Source: Frankiales bacterium (GTDB lineage: Bacteria > Actinomycetota > Actinomycetes > Mycobacteriales > SCTD01). From it: a stretch of DNA of 64,000 bases. The stretch lies in NCBI GenBank assembly GCA_025965475.1, contig JAOPWV010000147.1, positions 3,617 through 67,616 on the forward strand, read 5' to 3'. Below are positions 1 through 8,494 of this stretch, in pieces. A program made the translations under genes and the position numbers. How positions within the stretch are numbered: the first letter of the stretch is position 1; each line of letters begins with the position of its first letter. Under the pieces are notes generated by a model. That model did no database searches. It saw only the letters and a list, made by a program, of their open reading frames with translations, and was not told where the DNA came from.

Positions 1-61
1 GCCTGGACGACGAGGACGAGTAACGGACACCCGGCCGGTCCGGCCCCTGCATCGGTCGCCG

Positions 62-439
62 GACGCGCAGTACGACCGGGGTGCGTGGCCCTTCAGTCTG
101 CCGGCCGTGGGTCAGCTGCTCGCCGACGGCCCCGACCTGACCCCCGGCGTCACGCGGCTCATCGGCGAGAACGGCTCCGGCGAGTCGACGATCGTCGAGG
201 CGCTGGCGCAGGCGTTCTTCCTGCGTGCCGAGCCCATGCACAGCCTGTTCAGCTACCTGGAGCAGGACCCGGGACAGAACAGTGCGGAGCGTCCGTTCCG
301 CGACATGAGCCACGGCGAGTCGTTCCTCGCCCGCGAGGACGGCCAGGTCGTCGTGGCGACGCACTCCCCTGCTCGCGGCGCTGCCGGGGGCTTCTGGAGC
401 GGCGCGGGTACCTGGGCGACCCGCCACCTGCTGGACTGA
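62..439 (+). pseudogene. Remnant of a stand-alone AAA/ABC-type ATPase (internally deleted and frameshifted)
   Basis: The frame reads ..WPFSLPAVGQLLADGPDLTPGVTRLIGENGSGESTIVEALA (Walker A), FFLRAE, SHGESFL, QVVVATHSP. These are the ordered landmarks of the ~250-aa 'AAA family ATPase' group, squeezed into ~125 codons with no Walker B segment. There is no ATG/GTG/TTG upstream of the WPF motif. The expected HSP-LLAALPGA continuation is readable only in a shifted frame after ~369. Confidence 0.5.
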
Positions 440-453
440 CGCATCGGGACGTG

Positions 454-1260
454 TCAGCGTGCGGCGTACGGGCCCCACCGCGGCTGCAGCTCCCGCCGCC
501 GGCCGCTGTTGCGCAACCGCCACACGAGCAGCGCGCCGAGGACGAAGCCCACGACGTGCGCGCCGTAGGCGACGCCACCACCGTCGGCCACACCGGCACC
601 GCGGAAGTACAGGTACTGCAGGACGAACCACGACCCGAGCACGAGCCAGGCCGGCAGCCGCACGGGCAGGAAGAAGAAGAAGCTCAGCAGCGACCACACC
701 TTCGCCCGCGGGTAGAGGACGAGGTACGCACCGAGCACGCCGGCGATCGCCCCGGACGCCCCCACCAGCGGCTGCGTCGAGGTCTGCGAGAACAGGGAGT
801 AGCCGTACGTCGCGGCGTACCCGCAGAACACGTAGAAGAGCAGGAACTTCAGCCGGCCCAGCCTGTCCTCGACGTTGTTGCCGAACACGTACAGGAACAG
901 CATGTTGCCGAGCAGGTGCAGCCAGCCGCCGTACAGGAACATCGCCGTCAGCACCGACAGGAACGGCACCTTGTCGAACGGCGGCGGGGACTGGACGACG
1001 CAGCCCACCTGCCCGTCCTTCGTACCGACCCGGCCGTTTGCCGCCAGCGGCTCCTGCCGGTTGGTCAGGAGCTCGCGGGGCTCGGCGGCGTACCGGTCGA
1101 AGAAGGCGATCTGCCGGCACGCCTGGGCGGCCGAGGAGCTACCGAGGACGTGCAGCGCGACCGGGCTGAGCAGGAAGACGACGACATTGACGAGGATCAG
1201 CGCGTAGGTGACGACCGGCGTACGACGCGTCGGGTTGACGTCGTGGATGGGCAGGACCAC
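454..1260 (-). CDS. Rhomboid family intramembrane serine protease
   Basis: 268-aa polytopic ORF with GASGAIAGVLGAY (rhomboid GxSG catalytic Ser) and the downstream AHVVGFVLG His motif. High GC3. Confidence 0.85.
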   Translation of the reverse strand: MVLPIHDVNPTRRTPVVTYALILVNVVVFLLSPVALHVLGSSSAAQACRQIAFFDRYAAEPRELLTNRQEPLAANGRVGTKDGQVGCVVQSPPPFDKVPFLSVLTAMFLYGGWLHLLGNMLFLYVFGNNVEDRLGRLKFLLFYVFCGYAATYGYSLFSQTSTQPLVGASGAIAGVLGAYLVLYPRAKVWSLLSFFFFLPVRLPAWLVLGSWFVLQYLYFRGAGVADGGGVAYGAHVVGFVLGALLVWRLRNSGRRRELQPRWGPYAAR

Positions 1261-1282
1261 CGGTGCTCCAAGGCTGAGGGTC

Positions 1283-2248
1283 TTACGTCGTGAGGACGAT
1301 CTTGCCGAAGACGTCCCCCGCGAGCAGGCGTTCGAAGCCCCGCCGGGCCTCGGACATCGGCAGCACCTCGTCGATCATCGGCCGCGTCCCGGTCGCCTCG
1401 AGGAAGCGCAACAGCCCGGCCAGCTCGTCGCGGGTGCCCATGGTCGAGCCGACGACACGCAGCTGCAGGAAGAACACCCGGTTGAGGTCCGCCGACGGGT
1501 CGGCGCCGGTGGTGGCGCCGGACACGACGAGCGTGCCGCCGGGGCGCAGGCTCTTCATCGAGTGCGACCAGGTCGCCTTGCCGACGGTCTCGAGGACCGC
1601 GTCGACCCGCTCGGGCAGCCGGGCGCCCGGCTCGAAGACCTCGTGCGCGCCGAGCTCGAGCGCCCGGGTCCGCTTGTCGGCGTCCCGGCTGGTGGCGTAG
1701 ACGACGAAGCCGGCAGCGCGCGCCAGCACGATGGCGGCGGTGGCGACGCCGCCGCCTGCGCCCTGCACGAGGACGCGGTCACCGGGGCGCAGGCCGCTCT
1801 GGGTGAAGAGCATGCGGTACGCCGTCAGCCAGGCGGTCGGCAGGCAGGCCGCCTCCTCCCACGACAGGCCGGCCGGCTTGGGCAGCACGTTGCGGGCGGG
1901 TACGACGACGGTCTCGGCCAGCGTGCCGTCGTACAGCTCGGACAGCAGTGTGCGCCGCGGGTCGAGCGTCTCGTCGCCGGTCCAGCCGGGGGTGCTCACC
2001 ACGGCGTGCACGACGACCTCGCGGCCGTCGTCGGTGATCCCGGCGGCGTCGCAGCCGAGCACCATGGGCAGCCGGTCCGCAGGCAGGCCTACGCCCTTGA
2101 GCGACCACACGTCGTGGTGGTTGAGCGCAGCCGCCTTGACGTGGACGCGCACCCACCCCTCGGGTACGTCCGGGTCGGGGCGCTCCCCGACCACCAGACC
2201 GCTCAGCGGGTCGTCCACGGACTGTGAGGTACAGGTGACTGCCAGCAT
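1283..2248 (-). CDS. Zinc-binding/MDR-family NAD(P)H quinone oxidoreductase-like dehydrogenase
   Basis: 321 aa. VHVKAAALNHHDVW, a GDRVLVQGAGGGVATAAI Rossmann motif, and a C-terminal GDVFGKIVLT ending typical of the Qor/MDR family. Confidence 0.8.
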   Translation of the reverse strand: MLAVTCTSQSVDDPLSGLVVGERPDPDVPEGWVRVHVKAAALNHHDVWSLKGVGLPADRLPMVLGCDAAGITDDGREVVVHAVVSTPGWTGDETLDPRRTLLSELYDGTLAETVVVPARNVLPKPAGLSWEEAACLPTAWLTAYRMLFTQSGLRPGDRVLVQGAGGGVATAAIVLARAAGFVVYATSRDADKRTRALELGAHEVFEPGARLPERVDAVLETVGKATWSHSMKSLRPGGTLVVSGATTGADPSADLNRVFFLQLRVVGSTMGTRDELAGLLRFLEATGTRPMIDEVLPMSEARRGFERLLAGDVFGKIVLTT

Positions 2249-2257
2249 CTGTCGACC

Positions 2258-3466
2258 TTAGAGCCGCGCCACGCCGTCCTCGCGAGCGGCTACCGCGACC
2301 GCGGCCGCGACCGCCGGCGCCACCCGGGGGTCGAACACGCTCGGGATCACGCAGTCCTCGGCCAGATCCTCACCAACCACCTCGGCGAGCGCCTCGGAGG
2401 CCACCAGCTTCATGTGCTCGGTGATCCGCGTGGCGCGGACCTCCATCGCCCCCTTGAACACCCCGGGGAACGCCAGCACGTTGTTGATCTGGTTCGGGAA
2501 GTCACTGCGACCGGTTGCCACGACCCGTGCCCCCACGGAGTGCGCCACGTCCGGGTGGATCTCGGGCTCCGGGTTGGCCATCGCGAAGATGATGCAGTCC
2601 GGCGCCATCGTGCGGACGGCCTCGACCGGGATCGTGCCCGCCGACAGGCCGACGAAGACGTCGGCACCGACCAGGGCCTCGAGGAAGGTGCCGGTCAGGC
2701 CGCCCTTGTTGCTGATGCCGGCCAGCAGTCGCTTCTCCTCGGTGAGGTCCTCGCGGCCCGCGTGAACGATCCCCTTGCTGTCGGCGATCGCCAGGTCGCC
2801 GATGCCGGCCTCGAGGATCATCCGGGAGACCGCGATCCCGGCAGCGCCGGCCCCGCTGACGACCACCCGCAGGTCCGACAGCTTGCGCCCGGTGAGCCGG
2901 GCGGCGTTGCGCAGGGCGGCGAGCACGACGATGGCGGTGCCGTGCTGGTCGTCGTGGAAGACCGGGATGTCCAGCCGGCCCTGCAGCCGGCGCTCGACCT
3001 CGAAGCAGCGCGGGGCGCTGATGTCCTCGAGGTTGATGCCGCCGAACGCCGGGGCCAGCCGGGCGATGGTGTCCACGAGGGCGTCGACATCGGTGACGTC
3101 GAGGCAGATCGGCACGGCGTCGATGCCGCCGAACTCCTTGAACAGCAGGGCTTTGCCCTCCATGACCGGCAGGGCGGCCTCGGGCCCGATGTTGCCCAGT
3201 CCGAGTACGGCGGTGCCGTCCGTGACGACGGCCACGGTGTGCGACTTCCACGTGTAGTCGTAGACCAGGTCCCGGTCCTGCGCAATGGCGGTGCAGACCC
3301 GGGCCACGCCCGGCGTGTAGGCCTTCGAGAGGTCCTCGCGGGAGGTGACGGGTACGGAGGAGACGACCTCGATCTTGCCGCCACGGTGCAGGGCGAAGAC
3401 GGGGTCGGCGTCGCGGGATGTCGGATCGGGCACCGTCATGGACGATTCCTCCAGCTGTGCGGTCAT
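2258..3466 (-). CDS. NAD(P)-dependent malic enzyme (short MaeB-type)
   Basis: [55 protein letters not shown] and [11 protein letters not shown] motifs. ATG at 3466. The alternative ATG at 3439 is preceded by GGAGGA 7 nt upstream and may be the true start. The longer track ORF (to 3595) looks like 5' read-through. Confidence 0.85.
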   Translation of the reverse strand: MTAQLEESSMTVPDPTSRDADPVFALHRGGKIEVVSSVPVTSREDLSKAYTPGVARVCTAIAQDRDLVYDYTWKSHTVAVVTDGTAVLGLGNIGPEAALPVMEGKALLFKEFGGIDAVPICLDVTDVDALVDTIARLAPAFGGINLEDISAPRCFEVERRLQGRLDIPVFHDDQHGTAIVVLAALRNAARLTGRKLSDLRVVVSGAGAAGIAVSRMILEAGIGDLAIADSKGIVHAGREDLTEEKRLLAGISNKGGLTGTFLEALVGADVFVGLSAGTIPVEAVRTMAPDCIIFAMANPEPEIHPDVAHSVGARVVATGRSDFPNQINNVLAFPGVFKGAMEVRATRITEHMKLVASEALAEVVGEDLAEDCVIPSVFDPRVAPAVAAAVAVAAREDGVARL

Positions 3467-3650
3467 GATGCTCTCTCGGGCTCCTGCGGTCCCAGCAGGG
3501 GGCCGCGGCGGCGGACACGTGGACGGCAGATGCCCGCGACGGGTCGTCGCGTAGCCGTCAGACGGGGATCGCCCGGGGCACCCAGGAAAGCACACGATCA
3601 GCGCAACCCCGGCCCTGATGGCGCGCGCCGAGCCGCTCTAGGGTGGCGGG

Positions 3651-4262
3651 GTGCAGGTCGACGAGTTGAAGGTCCCCGGGGCGTGGTCGTTCACCCCCCG
3701 CCAGTTCCCGGACCCCCGGGGCGTTTTCCTGGAGTGGTACAAGGCCGCAGTGGTCGAGGACGTGGTCGGCCACCGGCTGGGCCTGGCCCAGGCCAACCAC
3801 TCGGTGAGCAGCCGCGGGACGCTGCGCGGCGTCCACTTTGCCGACGTCCCGCCCGGCCAGGCGAAGTACGTCTACTGCACCCGCGGAGCCGTGCTCGACG
3901 TCATCGTGGACCTGAGGGTCGGTTCGCCCACGTTCGGCGTCAGCGACGCGGTCCGCCTCGACGAGGTCGACCGCCGTGGGGTCTACCTGTCCGAGGGGCT
4001 AGGGCACGCCTTCCTCGCGCTCACCGACGACGCGAACGTCACGTACCTGTGCTCGGAGCCCTACCACCCGACGGGCGAGCACGGCGTCCATCCGCTGGAC
4101 CGGGAGCTGGACCTGCCGCTGCCCCGGGACGTCGAGCCCCTGCTGTCCGAGAAGGACGCCGCGGCGCCGAGCCTGAGCGAGGCGCGGGAGCAGGGACTCC
4201 TGCCGTCGTACGACGCCTGCCTGGCGTTCTACGAGACGCTGCGCGGCGGCAGCGGCCAGTAG
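3651..4262 (+). CDS. rmlC: dTDP-4-dehydrorhamnose 3,5-epimerase
   Basis: 203 aa cupin. FPDPRGVFLEWY, RGVHFADVPPGQAKYVYCTRGAVLDVIVDLRVGSPTFG, HAFLALTDDANVTYLCSEPY. No other rml genes in the window. Confidence 0.85.
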   Translation: MQVDELKVPGAWSFTPRQFPDPRGVFLEWYKAAVVEDVVGHRLGLAQANHSVSSRGTLRGVHFADVPPGQAKYVYCTRGAVLDVIVDLRVGSPTFGVSDAVRLDEVDRRGVYLSEGLGHAFLALTDDANVTYLCSEPYHPTGEHGVHPLDRELDLPLPRDVEPLLSEKDAAAPSLSEAREQGLLPSYDACLAFYETLRGGSGQ

Positions 4263-4600
4263 CGGAGGACGACCCGGGCGAGCACCTCGGCCGGCCCGTA
4301 GCGCCGGCTGTCGTCGGTGACCAGCGGGTTGTCCGACTCGACCCACCAGCCGTCGCCCTCCCTGCGGACAGCCCGTTTGACCACCAGCAGGTCCGGCAGT
4401 GCCGGGAAGCGCGCGACCACGACGCTTCCGGCCGACACCCGCCCGCCCGGCCGGACGAGAAGGCAGTCACCGGGCCGCAGCGTCGGGACCATCGACGGGC
4501 CGTCGACGAGCACCGTCTCCAGGGGTCTGGACAGTGGCGGGCGCAGGAGGATCCTCCGATCGTGGCACTGGGTACAGGCGTAGGGTCGACAAAAGATCAT
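4229..4600 (-). CDS. sodX: S26-family signal peptidase: Ni-SOD maturation protease
   Basis: VLVDGPSMVPTLRPGD (S26 catalytic Ser) and LLVVKRAV (Lys). Divergent from sodN. Start set at ATG 4600, because the longer track ORF would overlap the sodN start. Confidence 0.75.
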   Translation of the reverse strand: MIFCRPYACTQCHDRRILLRPPLSRPLETVLVDGPSMVPTLRPGDCLLVRPGGRVSAGSVVVARFPALPDLLVVKRAVRREGDGWWVESDNPLVTDDSRRYGPAEVLARVVLRYWPLPPRSVS

Positions 4601-4625
4601 CAACCCACGACTTGGGAGGACGAGT

Positions 4626-5033
4626 ATGCGGCTGCCCCGCTTCCTGACCCCGACGACCATCGTCTCCGCGCACTGTGACCTGCCCTGCGGTGTGTACGAC
4701 CCGGCCCAGGCGCGCATCGAGGCCGAGTCCGTCAAGGCCATCCAGGAGAAGTACCAGGCCAACCAGGACCCGGTCTTCCGCGAGCGCGCGGTGCTCATCA
4801 AGGAGCAGCGCGCCGACCTCGTGAAGCACCACCTCGCGGTGCTGTGGCACGACTACTTCAAGGCCCCGCACTTCGAGAAGTACCCGCAGCTCCACACGCT
4901 GTTCAACGACACGATCAAGCAGGCCAGCGGTACCGGTGCCAAGCAGTCGATGGACCCGGCCGACGGCCAGAAGCTGCTCGACAACATCACCGAGATCGAC
5001 CGGATCTTCTGGGAGACCAAGAAGGCCGCCTGA
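4626..5033 (+). CDS. sodN: Nickel-containing superoxide dismutase precursor
   Basis: Propeptide MRLPRFLTPTTIVSA is followed by the Ni-hook HCDLPCGVYDP. RBS GGGAGGA lies 5 nt upstream of the ATG. Confidence 0.92.
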   Translation: MRLPRFLTPTTIVSAHCDLPCGVYDPAQARIEAESVKAIQEKYQANQDPVFRERAVLIKEQRADLVKHHLAVLWHDYFKAPHFEKYPQLHTLFNDTIKQASGTGAKQSMDPADGQKLLDNITEIDRIFWETKKAA

Positions 5034-5046
5034 CCTCTGGCACATC

Positions 5047-5078
5047 GAAGGCCGGCTCCCGCGTGGGGGCCGGTCTTC
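5047..5078 (+). terminator. Stem-loop downstream of sodN (intrinsic terminator candidate, no U-tract)
   Basis: GAAGGCCGGCUCCC-GCGU-GGGGGCCGGUCUUC forms a ~14-bp stem (one G-U pair) with a tetraloop, starting 14 nt after the sodN stop. Confidence 0.55.
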
Positions 5079-5107
5079 GGCGCTCCCACGGCTGCTTGAC
5101 TCTACGT

Positions 5108-5662
5108 ATGGGCGAGCTCTGGCTGGTGAGGCACGGTGAGACGGAGTGGTCGCGCAGCGGCCAGCACACCGGCCGTACCGACATCGAGCTGACCGGTGCG
5201 GGCGAGGAGCAGGCGCGCGCCCTCGCTCCCCGGCTGCGACGCCCCTGGGCGCTGGTGCTGTCCTCTCCGCTCCAGCGCGCCCTGCGCACCGCGGAGATCG
5301 CCGGGCTGTCGGCGAGCCCCGATCCCGACCTCATGGAGTGGGACTACGGGCACGCCGAGGGCCGTACGACGGCGGAGCTGGCCGACGAACGCGGCGGGTG
5401 GAGCGTCTGGACCGACGACACCCTCGGCGAGACACTCCAGCAGCTCGGTGAGCGCTGTGAGCGGGTGCTGAAGAAGATCGCCCCCGCGCTGCAGCAGGGG
5501 GACGTCCTCATCGTCGCCCACGGCCACTTCCTGCGGGTCCTCGCCGCAGTGTGGCTCGGGCTGCCGCCCTCGGACGGCCGGCTGTTCGCCCTGTCCCCCG
5601 CAACCGTCAGCGTGCTCGGCCACGAGCGCGAGCTGCCCGTCATGATCAGGTGGAACACATGA
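5108..5662 (+). CDS. Histidine phosphatase (phosphoglycerate mutase-like) family protein
   Basis: Starts MGELWLVRHGETEWS (RHG catalytic motif), with VAHGHFLR later. The stop overlaps the next start (ATGA). Confidence 0.8.
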   Translation: MGELWLVRHGETEWSRSGQHTGRTDIELTGAGEEQARALAPRLRRPWALVLSSPLQRALRTAEIAGLSASPDPDLMEWDYGHAEGRTTAELADERGGWSVWTDDTLGETLQQLGERCERVLKKIAPALQQGDVLIVAHGHFLRVLAAVWLGLPPSDGRLFALSPATVSVLGHERELPVMIRWNT

Positions 5663-6165
5663 CACACGACGCGATCCGTCCGGCCACCCCCGCGGAGGTC
5701 CCGGTCATCCTCGCCCTGGTGCGCGAGCTCGCCGCGTACGAGAAGGAACCGGACGCGGTCGAGGCGACCGAGCAGATGCTGCACGAGGCCCTCTTCGGGG
5801 AGCAGCCGGCGGCGCACTGCCACGTCGCACTGAATCCGGCCGGCCAGGTCGTGGGCTTCGCGCTCTGGTACGTCACGTTCTCCACCTGGAAGGGCCGGGC
5901 CGGACTCTGGCTCGAGGACCTCTTCGTCCGTCCGGAGGCGCGCGGGCTCGGCCTGGGCAAGGCGCTGCTGCAGGAGCTCGCCCGCGTCTGCGTCGACCGC
6001 GGCTACGCCCGGTTCGAGTGGTGGGTCCTGGACTGGAACGTGAGCGCCCAGGGCTTCTACAAGAGCCTCGGCGCCCGGCCCGAGGACGCGTGGACGGTCT
6101 GGCGCGTCGACGGTGACGCGCTGCGGGAGCTGGCCGGCACGGAGGAGGCGACCGCCGAGCTCTAG
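5659..6165 (+). CDS. GNAT family N-acetyltransferase (diamine/SSAT-like)
   Basis: 168 aa. LVRELAAYEKEPD, LEDLFVRPEARGLGLGKALL (acetyl-CoA binding loop), FYKSLGA. Confidence 0.8.
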   Translation: MTHDAIRPATPAEVPVILALVRELAAYEKEPDAVEATEQMLHEALFGEQPAAHCHVALNPAGQVVGFALWYVTFSTWKGRAGLWLEDLFVRPEARGLGLGKALLQELARVCVDRGYARFEWWVLDWNVSAQGFYKSLGARPEDAWTVWRVDGDALRELAGTEEATAEL

Positions 6166-6491
6166 GACGGAAGGCGCTCCCGGCTCCAGCGCAGGCCGGC
6201 ACCGGCGGCTGCCGCGGCGAGGGCCAGGACGGCGAGCGCGCCCCGGCCACCGGTCATGGGCAGCGCCGCCGGGCCACCGGGAGCCGGCTGCGCGGGCGCC
6301 GGCGAGAAGCTCGGCAAGGGCGACGGTCGGACCTCGGCCGGCCGGCCGGCCGGTGTGACGGACGTGGCGGCGACGAGCGTCGCCCGCGTGAGATCCGGGG
6401 CCGCCGGCAGCCCTCCCGCGGCGGCTGCCAGGCCGGCTGCGACGGCACCCGCCGCAGCTCCCCTCAGGACCTGTTGTCGCGTCGTTCGCAC
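6162..6491 (-). CDS. Small Pro/Ala-rich secreted protein with C-terminal LPXTG-type sorting signal
   Basis: GTG at 6491 is preceded by AGGAGG 6 nt upstream. N-terminal RTTRQQVLRGAAAGAVAAGLAAAAGG signal-like segment. C-terminus is LPMTG, a hydrophobic stretch (ALAVLALAAAAAGAGL), then a basic tail (RWSRER). Confidence 0.6.
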   Translation of the reverse strand: MRTTRQQVLRGAAAGAVAAGLAAAAGGLPAAPDLTRATLVAATSVTPAGRPAEVRPSPLPSFSPAPAQPAPGGPAALPMTGGRGALAVLALAAAAAGAGLRWSRERLPS

Positions 6492-6678
6492 ACGGCACCT
6501 CCTGCCCCTCCTACGCAGAGTTGCACCTCGCGCACGCGCAGGACAGCTCGGCACGCCCTGGCTGCATCACTCCCGCGTCCGGCATAGGATCCCCTGGTGC
6601 GGTGCTACCAGCCGGACCATCGTGCGTTTTCTGCGCCGCTGCCGGGCGGCGCCGTGCGGTGAGGACCCTGGAGGGGGA

Positions 6679-7122
6679 ATGACCGAGCAGATGGGGACGA
6701 CCAGGACCGGTGGCGCGCTGTCCGGAGCCGGAAGAGACGTCGTCACCCTCCGCCTCCCGGCCGCCGGTGCGTACCTGTCGGTCCTGCGTACGGCGACGGC
6801 GAGCCTGGCCTCACGTCTCGACTTCACCATCGACGACATCGAGGATCTTCGCATCGCGGTCGACGAGGCCTGCGCGATGCTGCTGGTGCAGGCCGTTCCC
6901 GGCGCCGACCTGGAGTGCACGTTCGAGCTGACGGGTGACGCGATCGCGGTGTCGGTTGCCGTCCTGACCCTCGACGGGGAGCAGCCCACCCGCGACACCT
7001 TCGCGTGGACCGTCCTCACGGCACTGGCCGGCGAGGTCGACAGCTCCGTCGACGCCGACAACCGGGTCACCCTGTCGTTGCGCAAGCGTCGCGGCGAGTT
7101 CCCCGAGGCCGCTTCCTCGTGA
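6679..7122 (+). CDS. Anti-sigma factor, RsbW/UsfX-like
   Basis: 147 aa. VVTLRLPAAGAYLSVLRTATASLASRLDFTIDDIEDLRIAVDEACAMLL is typical of actinobacterial anti-sigma regulatory factors. RBS GGAGGGGG. The stop overlaps the sigma gene start (GTGA). Confidence 0.7.
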   Translation: MTEQMGTTRTGGALSGAGRDVVTLRLPAAGAYLSVLRTATASLASRLDFTIDDIEDLRIAVDEACAMLLVQAVPGADLECTFELTGDAIAVSVAVLTLDGEQPTRDTFAWTVLTALAGEVDSSVDADNRVTLSLRKRRGEFPEAASS

Positions 7123-8078
7123 GCGGCGTGACCAACGGCGAGACGACCTCGCCTACCCCGTCGACCACCCAGACCCCCGGCGTCCCGGCGCAGCCGACGC
7201 CCGCCGAGGCCCTGCTGCTCGCGGACCCCGACCTCGACCCGGAACTCGTCCGGGATCCGGAGGCGGTTGCCCCGACCGAGGCCGAGGTCGCCGCGGTGCC
7301 GAGCCGGTCGGAGCGCAGCGCGGCCGACCGGGCGCGGGCCCGCGAGATGTTCAGCGAGCTGGCGTCGCTGGCCGAGGACGACCCGAAGCGGGCCCGGCTC
7401 CGCGACGAGCTCGTCGAGGCGCACCTGCCGCTCGTGGAGTACCTGGCCCGTCGCTTCCGCAACCGGGGCGAGCCGCTCGACGACCTGATCCAGGTCGCCA
7501 CGATCGGGCTCATCAAGTCGGTGGACCGCTTCGACCTCGAGCGCGGCGTGGAGTTCTCGACGTACGCCACGCCGACGATCGTCGGCGAGATCAAGCGGCA
7601 CTTCCGCGACAAGGGCTGGGCGATCCGCGTGCCGCGCCGCCTGCAGGAGCTCAAGCTCTCGCTGACCAAGGCGACGAGTGAACTCTCACAGAAGAACGGC
7701 CGGTCGCCGACGGTCGCCGAGCTGGCCGCGCACCTGCAGATGACCGACGAGGAGATCCTCGAGGGTCTCGAGTCCGCCAACGCCTATTCGGCGGTGTCGC
7801 TGGACGCCCCCGACGGCGGCGACGACGACTCCCCCGCCGTCGCCGACTCCCTCGGCATGATGGACGACTCCCTCGAGGGCGTGGAGTACCGCGAGTCGCT
7901 CAAGCCCCTGCTCGAGCAGCTCCCGCCCCGCGAGAAGCGCATCCTGCTGCTGCGCTTCTTCGGCAACATGACGCAATCCCAGATCGCCGCCGAGCTCGGG
8001 ATCAGCCAGATGCACGTGTCCCGGCTGCTCGCGCGCACCCTCGCGCAGCTGCGCGAGGGCCTGCTCGTCGACGAGTAG
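7119..8078 (+). CDS. SigB/SigF/SigG-family (group 3) RNA polymerase sigma factor with a ~95-aa acidic/Pro-rich N-terminal extension
   Basis: HLPLVEYLARRFRNRGEPLDDLIQVATIGLIKSVDRFD (region 2), RVPRRLQE (region 3), and MTQSQIAAELGISQMHVSRLLARTL (region 4.2 HTH). Confidence 0.88.
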   Translation: MSGVTNGETTSPTPSTTQTPGVPAQPTPAEALLLADPDLDPELVRDPEAVAPTEAEVAAVPSRSERSAADRARAREMFSELASLAEDDPKRARLRDELVEAHLPLVEYLARRFRNRGEPLDDLIQVATIGLIKSVDRFDLERGVEFSTYATPTIVGEIKRHFRDKGWAIRVPRRLQELKLSLTKATSELSQKNGRSPTVAELAAHLQMTDEEILEGLESANAYSAVSLDAPDGGDDDSPAVADSLGMMDDSLEGVEYRESLKPLLEQLPPREKRILLLRFFGNMTQSQIAAELGISQMHVSRLLARTLAQLREGLLVDE

Positions 8079-8079
8079 G

Positions 8080-8460
8080 TCAGGACTCCCGGAAGGCCTC
8101 ACGGGCCTGCGGCGTGGCGAAGTGGTACAGCGTCGCGCCGGCGAGGAGGAACACCGGGACGGCGGCCACCCAGACGCGGCCCTGCACGAGCCCCGTGCCG
8201 ACCGGGAGGGCCAGCAGCTGGAGCACCACGGCCGGCGAGCGGGCCCACCGGTGCAGCCGGTCGACGGCCCTGGCGAGCACGAGCAGCAACACGCCGGCGC
8301 CGATGGCGAACGCCGCGATCACCAGCGACGACGTCCGGTCCGCCGGCGTACCGGCCACCGTCGCCACCCCGTCCGCGACGCCCACGGCAGCCAGAGCCAC
8401 CCCCTCGACGGCGAGGAGCAGGGCGGCCCGGCGGACGGCGATCGGTCGATGAGGCTCCAC
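8080..8460 (-). CDS. Small integral membrane protein (4 predicted TM segments)
   Basis: High-GC3 frame with hydrophobic segments (AALLLAVEGVALAAVGV, LVIAAFAIGAGVLLLVLA, and others). GTG start at 8460 chosen. An ATG at 8496 would overlap the divergent kinase start. Confidence 0.55.
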   Translation of the reverse strand: MEPHRPIAVRRAALLLAVEGVALAAVGVADGVATVAGTPADRTSSLVIAAFAIGAGVLLLVLARAVDRLHRWARSPAVVLQLLALPVGTGLVQGRVWVAAVPVFLLAGATLYHFATPQAREAFRES

Positions 8461-8494
8461 GGGAAGGCAGGCTAGCGGCGGATAGTCTGGCGGC

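Noticed and set aside
1-23. 3' end of a + strand gene (..LDDEDE, stop TAA at 21-23).
   Set aside because: Only 7 codons are visible, so identity and even coding status cannot be supported.
85-1293. Long + strand ORF (402 aa) opposite the rhomboid gene. Similar giants occur at 2414-4678, 5344-6498, 11313-12839, 12074-13858 (5' part), 44567-47314, 47238-49901 (5' part), 49880-51607 and 54522-56075.
   Set aside because: Arg/Pro/Gly/Ala-rich low-complexity translations with no motifs, lying antisense or out of frame to genes with clear family signatures. These are typical stop-poor shadow frames of a very GC-rich genome.
6626-6649. Sigma-B/F-type promoter GTTT-N14-GGGCGG upstream of the anti-sigma/sigma operon.
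   Set aside because: The -10 shares only GGG with the GGGTAT consensus. Too weak to annotate as a feature; mentioned only as context.
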